Source: Auanema rhodensis (taxonomy: Eukaryota > Animalia > Nematoda). Taken from it: a DNA stretch of 64,000 nucleotides. Shown piece by piece: positions 1 to 11,088 of this stretch. The stretch covers positions 22,382,001 to 22,446,000 of the forward strand of contig OZ059897.1 in NCBI GenBank assembly GCA_964057225.1, given 5' to 3'. Each line of letters begins with the position of its first letter. Within the stretch, counting starts at the first letter, position 1. The notes beneath the pieces are model-generated. The model was given only the letters and a program-made list of their open reading frames with translations. It was not told the DNA's origin and did not search any database. A program made the translations under genes and the position numbers.

Positions 1-124
1 GCATAAATTAAAGTTCACGTAAATTTCAAAGTCATGGTTACCATGCACCAATATCAATAAAAATTTGTTTTTAGACTAATATGGACATGGGGAATCTAAT
101 TTTGAAAACCGCATCTCTTTATCT

Positions 125-134
125 TTCACGTGAA
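125..134. promoter_or_regulatory. Perfect 10-bp palindrome TTCACGTGAA containing an E-box/G-box (CACGTG); function unproven
   Basis: Seen at monomer pos 125-134 in almost all copies. CACGTG is the established bHLH(-ZIP)/G-box core. There is no evidence of binding here. Confidence 0.4.
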
Positions 135-150
135 GCGAGTTACATACCAA

Positions 151-176
151 GTGCACATCACGTGTACATTTAATTA
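151..176. promoter_or_regulatory. Palindrome cluster GTGCAC / CACGTG / TGTACA / TAATTA; ATCACGTG (157-164) matches the RTCACRTG consensus; function unproven
   Basis: Four 6-bp palindromes within 26 bp at monomer pos 151-156, 159-164, 163-168 and 171-176. Confidence 0.35.
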
Positions 177-352
177 GCATAAATTAAAGTTCACGTAAAT
201 TTCAAAGTCATGGTTACCATGAACCAATATCAATAAAAATTTGTTTTTAGACTAATATGGACATGGGGAATCTAATTTTGAAAACTGCATCTCTTTATCT
301 TTCACGTGAAGCGAGTTACATACCAAGTGCACATCACGTGTACATTTAATTA

Positions 353-528
353 GCATAAATTAAAGTTCACGTAAATTTCAAAGTCATGGTTACCATGAAC
401 CAATATCAATAAAAATTTGTTTTTAGACTAATATGGACATGGGGAATCTAATTTTGAAAACCGCATCTCTTTATCTTTCACGTGAAGCGAGTTACATACC
501 AAGTGCACATCACGTGTACATTTAATTA
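353..528. repeat. Representative consensus monomer (M3), 176 bp
   Basis: Matches the majority base at every position. Identical copies are the most common monomer type, e.g. runs of five at 1937-2816, 19889-20768 and 36257-37136. Confidence 0.95.
384..398. other. 15-bp dyad TCATGGT-T-ACCATGA (monomer pos 32-46; contains BstEII site GGTNACC), present in nearly every monomer
   Basis: 7-bp perfect arms around a 1-nt centre, read directly. The common A46C variant shortens the arms to 6 bp. Confidence 0.9.
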
Positions 529-3500
529 GCATAAATTAAAGTTCACGTAAATTTCAAAGTCATGGTTACCATGAACCAATATCAATAAAAATTTGTTTTT
601 AGACTAATATGGACATGGGGAATCTAATTTTGAAAACCGCATTTCTTTATCTTTCACGTGAAGCGAGTTACATACCAAGTGCACATCACGTGTACATTTA
701 ATTAGCATAAATTAAAGTTCACGTAAATTTCAAAGTCATGGTTACCATGCACCAATATCAATAAAAATTTGTTTTTAGACTAATATGGACATGGGGAATC
801 TAATTTTGAAAACCGCATCTCTTTATCTTTCACGTGAAGCGAGTTACATACCAAGTGCACATCACGTGTACATTTAATTAGCATAAATTAAAGTTCACGT
901 AAATTTCAAAGTCATGGTTACCATGAACCAATATCAATAAAAATTTGTTTTTAGACTAATATGGACATGGGGAATCTAATTTTGAAAACTGCATCTCTTT
1001 ATCTTTCACGTGAAGCGAGTTACACACCAAGTGCACATCACGTGTACATTTAATTAGCATAAATTAAAGTTCACGTGAATTTCAAAGTCATGGTTACCAT
1101 GAACCAATATCAATAAAAATTTGTTTTTAGACTAATATGGACATGGGGAATCTAATTTTGAAAACCGCATCTCTTTATCTTTCACGTGAAGCGAGTTACA
1201 TACCAAGTGCACATCACGTGTACATTTAATTAGCATAAATTAAAGTTCACGTAAATTTCAAAGTCATGGTTACCATGAACCAATATCAATAAAAATTTGT
1301 TTATAGACTAATATGGACATGGGGAATCTAATTTTGAAAACCGCATCTCTTTATCTTTCACGTGAAGCGAGTTACATACCAAGTGCACATCACGTGTACA
1401 TTTAATTAGCATAAATTAAAGTTCACGTAAATTTCAAAGTCATGGTTACCATGAACCAGTATCAATAAAAATTTGTTTTTAGACTAATATGGACATGGGG
1501 AATCTAATTTTGAAAACCGCATCTCTTTATCTTTCACGTGAAGCGAGTTACATACCAAGTGCACATCACGTGTACATTTAATTAGCATAAATTAAAGTTC
1601 ACGTAAATTTCAAAGTCATGGTTACCATGAACCAATATCAATAAAAATTTGTTTTTAGACTAATATGGACATGGGGAATCTAATTTTGAAAACCGCATCT
1701 CTTTATCTTTCACGTGAAGCGAGTTACATACCAAGTGCACATCACATGTACATTTAATTAGCATAAATTAAAGTTCACGTAAATTTCAAAGTCATGGTTA
1801 CCATGAACCAATATCAATAAAAATTTGTTTATAGACTAATATGGACATGGGGAATCTAATTTTGAAAACCGCATCTCTTTATCTTTCACGTGAAGCGAGT
1901 TACATACCAAGTGCACATCACGTGTACATTTAATTAGCATAAATTAAAGTTCACGTAAATTTCAAAGTCATGGTTACCATGAACCAATATCAATAAAAAT
2001 TTGTTTTTAGACTAATATGGACATGGGGAATCTAATTTTGAAAACCGCATCTCTTTATCTTTCACGTGAAGCGAGTTACATACCAAGTGCACATCACGTG
2101 TACATTTAATTAGCATAAATTAAAGTTCACGTAAATTTCAAAGTCATGGTTACCATGAACCAATATCAATAAAAATTTGTTTTTAGACTAATATGGACAT
2201 GGGGAATCTAATTTTGAAAACCGCATCTCTTTATCTTTCACGTGAAGCGAGTTACATACCAAGTGCACATCACGTGTACATTTAATTAGCATAAATTAAA
2301 GTTCACGTAAATTTCAAAGTCATGGTTACCATGAACCAATATCAATAAAAATTTGTTTTTAGACTAATATGGACATGGGGAATCTAATTTTGAAAACCGC
2401 ATCTCTTTATCTTTCACGTGAAGCGAGTTACATACCAAGTGCACATCACGTGTACATTTAATTAGCATAAATTAAAGTTCACGTAAATTTCAAAGTCATG
2501 GTTACCATGAACCAATATCAATAAAAATTTGTTTTTAGACTAATATGGACATGGGGAATCTAATTTTGAAAACCGCATCTCTTTATCTTTCACGTGAAGC
2601 GAGTTACATACCAAGTGCACATCACGTGTACATTTAATTAGCATAAATTAAAGTTCACGTAAATTTCAAAGTCATGGTTACCATGAACCAATATCAATAA
2701 AAATTTGTTTTTAGACTAATATGGACATGGGGAATCTAATTTTGAAAACCGCATCTCTTTATCTTTCACGTGAAGCGAGTTACATACCAAGTGCACATCA
2801 CGTGTACATTTAATTAGCATAAATTAAAGTTCACGTAAATTTCAAAGTCATGGTTACCATGCACCAATATCAATAAAAATTTGTTTTTAGACTAATATGG
2901 ACATGGGGAATCTAATTTTGAAAACTGCATCTCTTTATCTTTCACGTGAAGCGAGTTACATACCAAGTGCACATCACGTGTACATTTAATTAGCATAAAT
3001 TAAAGTTCACGTAAACTTCAAAGTCATGGTTACCATGAACCAATATCAATAAAAATTTGTTTATAGACTAATATGGACATGGGGAATCTAATTTTGAAAA
3101 CCGCATCTCTTTATCTTTCACGTGAAGCGAGTTACATACCAAGTGCACATCACGTGTACATTTCATTAGCATAAATTAAAGTTTACGTAAATTTCAAAGT
3201 CATGGTTACCATGAACCAATATCAATAAAAATTTGTTTTTAGACTAATATGGACATGGGGAATCTAATTTTGAAAACCGCATCTCTTTATCTTTCACGTG
3301 AAGCGAGTTACATACCAAGTGCACATCACGTGTACATTTAATTAGCATAAATTAAAGTTTACGTAAATTTCAAAGTCATGGTTACCATGAAGCAATATCA
3401 ATAAAAATTTGTTTTTAGCCTAATATGGACATGGGGAATCTAATTTTGAAAACCGCATCTCTTTATCTTTCACGTGAAGCGAGTTACATACCAAGTGCAC

Positions 3501-6500
3501 ATCACGTGTACATTTAATTAGCATAAATTAAAGTTCACGTAAATTTCAAAGTCATGGTTACCATGAACCAATATCAATAAAAATTTGTTTTTAGACTAAT
3601 ATGGACATGGGGAATCTAATTTTGAAAACCGCATCTCTTTATCTTTCACGTGAAGCGAGTTACATACCAAGTGCACATCACGTGTACATTTAATTAGCAT
3701 AAATTAAAGTTCACGTAAATTTCAAAGTCATGGTTACCATGAACCAATATCAATAAAAATTTGTTTTTAGACTAATATGGACATGGGGAATCTAATTTTG
3801 AAAACCGCATCTCTTTATCTTTCACGTGAAGCGAGTTACATACCAAGTGCACATCACGTGTACATTTAATTAGCATAAATTAAAGTTCACGTAAATTTCA
3901 AAGTCATGGTTACCATGCACCAATATCAATAAAAATTTGTTTTTAGACTAATATGGACATGGGGAATCTAATTTTGAAAACTGCATCTCTTTATCTTTCA
4001 CGTGAAGCGAGTTACATACCAAGTGCACATCACGTGTACATTTAATTAGCATAAATTAAAGTTCACGTAAATTTCAAAGTCATGGTTACCATGAACCAAT
4101 ATCAATAAAAATTTGTTTTTAGACTAATATGGACATGGGGAATCTAATTTTGAAAACCGCATCTCTTTATCTTTCACGTGAAGCGAGTTACATACCAAGT
4201 GCACATCACGTGTACATTTAATTAGCATAAATTAAAGTTCACGTAAATTTCAAAGTCATGGTTACCATGAACCAATATCAATAAAAATTTGTTTTTAGAC
4301 TAATATGGACATGGGGAATCTAATTTTGAAAACCGCATCTCTTTATCTTTCACGTGAAGCGAGTTACATACCAAGTGCACATCACGTGTACATTTAATTA
4401 GCATAAATTAAAGTTCACGTAAATTTCAAAGTCATGGTTACCATGAACCAATATCAATAAAAATTTGTTTTTAGACTAATATGGACATGGGGAATCTAAT
4501 TTTGAAAACCGCATCTCTTTATCTTTCACGTGAAGCGAGTTACATACCAAGTGCACATCACGTGTACATTTAATTAGCATAAATTAAAGTTCACGTAAAT
4601 TTCAAAGTCATGGTTACCATGAACCAATATCAATAAAAATTTGTTTTTAGACTAATATGGACATGGGGAATCTAATTTTGAAAACCGCATCTCTTTATCT
4701 TTCACGTGAAGCGAGTTACATACCAAGTGCACATCACGTGTACATTTAATTAGCATAAATTAAAGTTCACGTAAATTTCAAAGTCATGGTTACCATGCAC
4801 CAATATCAATAAAAATTTGTTTTTAGACTAATATGGACATGGGGAATCTAATTTTGAAAACTGCATCTCTTTATCTTTCACGTGAAGCGAGTTACATACC
4901 AAGTGCACATCACGTGTACATTTAATTAGCATAAATTAAAGTTCACGTAAACTTCAAAGTCATGGTTACCATGAACCAATATCAATAAAAATTTGTTTAT
5001 AGACTAATATGGACATGGGGAATCTAATTTTGAAAACCGCATCTCTTTATCTTTCACGTGAAGCGAGTTACATACCAAGTGCACATCACGTGTACATTTC
5101 ATTAGCATAAATTAAAGTTTACGTAAATTTCAAAGTCATGGTTACCATGAACCAATATCAATAAAAATTTGTTTTTAGACTAATATGGACATGGGGAATC
5201 TAATTTTGAAAACCGCATCTCTTTATCTTTCACGTGAAGCGAGTTACATACCAAGTGCACATCACGTGTACATTTAATTAGCATAAATTAAAGTTTACGT
5301 AAATTTCAAAGTCATGGTTACCATGAAGCAATATCAATAAAAATTTGTTTTTAGACTAATATGGACATGGGGAATCTAATTTTGAAAACCGCATCTCTTT
5401 ATCTTTCACGTGAAGCGAGTTACATACCAAGTGCACATCACGTGTACATTTAATTAGCATAAATTAAAGTTCACGTAAATTTCAAAGTCATGGTTACCAT
5501 GAACCAATATCAATAAAAATTTGTTTTTAGACTAATATGGACATGGGGAATCTAATTTTGAAAACCGCATCTCTTTATCTTTCACGTGAAGCGAGTTACA
5601 TACCAAGTGCACATCACGTGTACATTTAATTAGCATAAATTAAAGTTCACGTAAATTTCAAAGTCATGGTTACCATGCACCAATATCAATAAAAATTTGT
5701 TTTTAGACTAATATGGACATGGGGAATCTAATTTTGAAAACTGCATCTCTTTATCTTTCACGTGAAGCGAGTTACATACCAAGTGCACATCACGTGTACA
5801 TTTAATTAGCATAAATTAAAGTTCACGTAAACTTCAAAGTCATGGTTACCATGAACCAATATCAATAAAAATTTGTTTATAGACTAATATGGACATGGGG
5901 AATCTAATTTTGAAAACCGCATCTCTTTATCTTTCACGTGAAGCGAGTTACATACCAAGTGCACATCACGTGTACATTTAATTAGCATAAATTAAAGTTT
6001 ACGTAAATTTCAAAGTCATGGTTACCATGAACCAATATCAATAAAAATTTGTTTTTAGACTAATATGGACATGGGGAATCTAATTTTGAAAACCGCATCT
6101 CTTTATCTTTCACGTGAAGCGAGTTACATACCAAGTGCACATCACGTGTACATTTAATTAGCATAAATTAAAGTTCACGTAAACTTCAAAGTCATGGTTA
6201 CCATGAAGCAATATCAATAAAAATTTGTTTTTAGACTAATATGGACATGGGGAATCTAATTTTGAAAACCGCATCTCTTTATCTTTCACGTGAAGCGAGT
6301 TACATACCAAGTGCACATCACGTGTACATTTAATTAGCATAAATTAAAGTTCACGTAAATTTCAAAGTCATGGTTACCATGAAGCAATATCAATAAAAAT
6401 TTGTTTTTAGACTAATATGGACATGGGGAATCTAATTTTGAAAACCGCATCTCTTTATCTTTCACGTGAAGCGAGTTACATACCAAGTGCACATCACGTG

Positions 6501-8624
6501 TACATTTAATTAGCATAAATTAAAGTTCACGTAAATTTCAAAGTCATGGTTACCATGCACCAATATCAATAAAAATTTGTTTTTAGACTAATATGGACAT
6601 GGGGAATCTAATTTTGAAAACTGCATCTCTTTATCTTTCACGTGAAGCGAGTTACATACCAAGTGCACATCACGTGTACATTTAATTAGCATAAATTAAA
6701 GTTCACGTAAATTTCAAAGTCATGGTTACCATGAACCAATATCAATAAAAATTTGTTTTTAGACTAATATGGACATGGGGAATCTAATTTTGAAAACCGC
6801 ATCTCTTTATCTTTCACGTGAAGCGAGTTACATACCAAGTGCACATCACGTGTACATTTAATTAGCATAAATTAAAGTTCACGTAAATTTCAAAGTCATG
6901 GTTACCATGCACCAATATCAATAAAAATTTGTTTTTAGACTAATATGGACATGGGGAATCTAATTTTGAAAACTGCATCTCTTTATCTTTCACGTGAAGC
7001 GAGTTACATACCAAGTGCACATCACGTGTACATTTAATTAGCATAAATTAAAGTTCACGTAAACTTCAAAGTCATGGTTACCATGAACCAATATCAATAA
7101 AAATTTGTTTATAGACTAATATGGACATGGGGAATCTAATTTTGAAAACCGCATCTCTTTATCTTTCACGTGAAGCGAGTTACATACCAAGTGCACATCA
7201 CGTGTACATTTAATTAGCATAAATTAAAGTTTACGTAAATTTCAAAGTCATGGTTACCATGAACCAATATCAATAAAAATTTGTTTTTAGACTAATATGG
7301 ACATGGGGAATCTAATTTTGAAAACCGCATCTCTTTATCTTTCACGTGAAGCGAGTTACATACCAAGTGCACATCACGTGTACATTTAATTAGCATAAAT
7401 TAAAGTTCACGTAAACTTCAAAGTCATGGTTACCATGAACCAATATCAATAAAAATTTGTTTATAGACTAATATGGACATGGGGAATCTAATTTTGAAAA
7501 CCGCATCTCTTTATCTTTCACGTGAAGCGAGTTACATACCAAGTGCACATCACGTGTACATTTAATTAGCATAAATTAAAGTTTACGTAAATTTCAAAGT
7601 CATGGTTACCATGAACCAATATCAATAAAAATTTGTTTTTAGACTAATATGGACATGGGGAATCTAATTTTGAAAACCGCATCTCTTTATCTTTCACGTG
7701 AAGCGAGTTACATACCAAGTGCACATCACGTGTACATTTAATTAGCATAAATTAAAGTTCACGTAAACTTCAAAGTCATGGTTACCATGAAGCAATATCA
7801 ATAAAAATTTGTTTTTAGACTAATATGGACATGGGGAATCTAATTTTGAAAACCGCATCTCTTTATCTTTCACGTGAAGCGAGTTACATACCAAGTGCAC
7901 ATCACGTGTACATTTAATTAGCATAAATTAAAGTTCACGTAAATTTCAAAGTCATGGTTACCATGAAGCAATATCAATAAAAATTTGTTTTTAGACTAAT
8001 ATGGACATGGGGAATCTAATTTTGAAAACCGCATCTCTTTATCTTTCACGTGAAGCGAGTTACATACCAAGTGCACATCACGTGTACATTTAATTAGCAT
8101 AAATTAAAGTTCACGTAAATTTCAAAGTCATGGTTACCATGCACCAATATCAATAAAAATTTGTTTTTAGACTAATATGGACATGGGAAATCTAATTTTG
8201 AAAACCGCATCTCTTTATCTTTCACGTGAAGCGAGTTACATACCAAGTGCACATCACGTGTACATTTAATTAGCATAAATTAAAGTTCACGTAAATTTCA
8301 AAGTCATGGTTACCATGAACCAATATCAATAAAAATTTGTTTTTAGACTAATATGGACATGGGGAATCTAATTTTGAAAACCGAATCTCTTTATATTTCA
8401 CGTGAAGCGAGTTACATACCAAGTGCACATCACGTGTACATTTAATTAGCATAAATTAAAGTTCACGTAAATTTCAAAGTCATGGTTACCATGAACCAAT
8501 ATCAATAAAAATTTGTTTTTAGACTAATATGGACATGGGGAATCTAATTTTGAAAACCGCATCTCTTTATCTTTCACGTGAAGCGAGTTACATACCAAGT
8601 GCACATCACGTGTACATTTAATTA

Positions 8625-11088
8625 GCATAAATTAAAGTTCACGTAAATTTCAAAGTCATGGTTACCATGAAGCAATATCAATAAAAATTTGTTTTTAGAC
8701 TAATATGGACATGGGGAATCTAATTTTGAAAACCGAATCTCTTTATATTTCACGTGAAGCGAGTTACATACCAAGTGCACATCACGTGTACATTTAATTA
8801 GCATAAATTAAAGTTCACGTAAATTTCAAAGTCATGGTTACCATGAACCAATATCAATAAAAATTTGTTTTTAGACTAATATGGACATGGGGAATCTAAT
8901 TTTGAAAACCGCATCTCTTTATCTTTCACGTGAAGCGAGTTACATACCAAGTGCACATCACGTGTACATTTAATTAGCATAAATTAAAGTTCACGTAAAT
9001 TTCAAAGTCATGGTTACCATGCACCAATATCAATAAAAATTTGTTTTTAGACTAATATGGACATGGGGAATCTAATTTTGAAAACCGCATCTCTTTATCT
9101 TTCACGTGAAGCGAGTTACATACCAAGTGCACATCACGTGTACATTTAATTAGCATAAATTAAAGTTCACGTAAATTTCAAAGTCATGGTTACCATGAAC
9201 CAATATCAATAAAAATTGGTTTTTAGACTAATATGGACATGGGGAATCTAATTTTGAAAATTGCATCTCTTTATCTTTCACGTGAAGCGAGTTACATACC
9301 AAGTGCACATCACGTGTACATTTAATTAGCATAAATTAAAGTTCACGTAAATTTCAAAGTCATGGTTACCATGAAGCAATATCAATAAAAATTTGTTTTT
9401 AGACTAATATGGACATGGGGAATCTAATTTTGAAAACCGAATCTCTTTATATTTCACGTGAAGCGAGTTACATACCAAGTGCACATCACGTGTACATTTA
9501 ATTAGCATAAATTAAAGTTCACGTAAATTTCAAAGTCATGGTTACCATGAACCAATATCAATAAAAATTTGTTTTTAGACTAATATGGACATGGGGAATC
9601 TAATTTTGAAAACCGCATCTCTTTATCTTTCACGTGAAGCGAGTTACATACCAAGTGCACATCACGTGTACATTTAATTAGCATAAATTAAAGTTCACGT
9701 AAATTTCAAAGTCATGGTTACCATGCACCAATATCAATAAAAATTTGTTTTTAGACTAATATGGACATGGGGAATCTAATTTTGAAAACCGCATCTCTTT
9801 ATCTTTCACGTGAAGCGAGTTACATACCAAGTGCACATCACGTGTACATTTAATTAGCATAAATTAAAGTTCACGTAAATTTCAAAGTCATGGTTACCAT
9901 GAACCAATATCAATAAAAATTGGTTTTTAGACTAATATGGACATGGGGAATCTAATTTTGAAAATTGCATCTCTTTATCTTTCACGTGAAGCGAGTTACA
10001 TACCAAGTGCACATCACGTGTACATTTAATTAGCATAAATTAAAGTTCACGTAAATTTCAAAGTCATGGTTACCATGCACCAATATCAATAAAAATTTGT
10101 TTTTAGACTAATATGGACATGGGGAATCTAATTTTGAAAACCGCATCTCTTTATCTTTCACGTGAAGCGAGTTACATACCAAGTGCACATCACGTGTACA
10201 TTTAATTAGCATAAATTAAAGTTCACGTAAATTTCAAAGTCATGGTTACCATGAACCAATATCAATAAAAATTGGTTTTTAGACTAATATGGACATGGGG
10301 AATCTAATTTTGAAAATTGCATCTCTTTATCTTTCACGTGAAGCGAGTTACATACCAAGTGCACATCACGTGTACATTTAATTAGCATAAATTAAAGTTC
10401 ACGTAAATTTCAAAGTCATGGTTACCATGAAGCAATATCAATAAAAATTTGTTTTTAGACTAATATGGACATGGGGAATCTAATTTTGAAAACCGAATCT
10501 CTTTATATTTCACGTGAAGCGAGTTACATACCAAGTGCACATCACGTGTACATTTAATTAGCATAAATTAAAGTTCACGTAAATTTCAAAGTCATGGTTA
10601 CCATGAACCAATATCAATAAAAATTTGTTTTTAGACTAATATGGACATGGGGAATCTAATTTTGAAAACCGCATCTCTTTATCTTTCACGTGAAGCGAGT
10701 TACATACCAAGTGCACATCACGTGTACATTTAATTAGCATAAATTAAAGTTCACGTAAATTTCAAAGTCATGGTTACCATGCACCAATATCAATAAAAAT
10801 TTGTTTTTAGACTAATATGGACATGGGGAATCTAATTTTGAAAACCGCATCTCTTTATCTTTCACGTGAAGCGAGTTACATACCAAGTGCACATCACGTG
10901 TACATTTAATTAGCATAAATTAAAGTTCACGTAAATTTCAAAGTCATGGTTACCATGAACCAATATCAATAAAAATTGGTTTTTAGACTAATATGGACAT
11001 GGGGAATCTAATTTTGAAAATTGCATCTCTTTATCTTTCACGTGAAGCGAGTTACATACCAAGTGCACATCACGTGTACATTTAATTA
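8625..11088. repeat. Local 4-monomer (704-bp) higher-order repeat, 3 full copies plus an internal 2-monomer duplication
   Basis: Unit [C48G+C112A+C123A][consensus][A46C][T66G+C109T+C110T] starts at 8625, 9329 and 10385. An extra [A46C][T66G+C109T+C110T] pair lies at 10033-10384. Confidence 0.88.

Noticed and set aside
56-61. AATAAA polyadenylation signal
   Set aside because: Expected by chance in 68% AT DNA, and there is no gene context.
81-173. 30-codon ORF MDMGNLILKTASLYLSREASYIPSAHHVYI* in each monomer
   Set aside because: The length is expected by chance. It is bounded by an in-frame TAG upstream (72-74) and TAA downstream, and I recognise no domain. Variants include many nonsynonymous changes, and the 176-bp period is not a multiple of 3, so no repeat protein is encoded.
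1-176. Identity with known satellites of similar length (Brassica CentBr, Arabidopsis CEN178, primate alpha satellite, honey bee 176-bp AluI repeat)
   Set aside because: Only the length is similar. I see no recognisable similarity to CentBr, CEN178 or alpha satellite. The consensus has no HindIII or AluI site and no CENP-B box. A BLAST search is needed before any assignment.
1-176. Tandem 5S rRNA, tRNA, snRNA or spliced-leader gene array
   Set aside because: No recognisable 5S, tRNA or snRNA sequence, no Pol III A/B/C boxes and no cloverleaf.
157-260. Budding-yeast-type point centromere (CDEI followed by AT-rich DNA)
   Set aside because: Only the 8-bp CDEI-like match is present. The following DNA is not the >90% AT CDEII, there is no convincing CDEIII, and point centromeres are not in tandem arrays.
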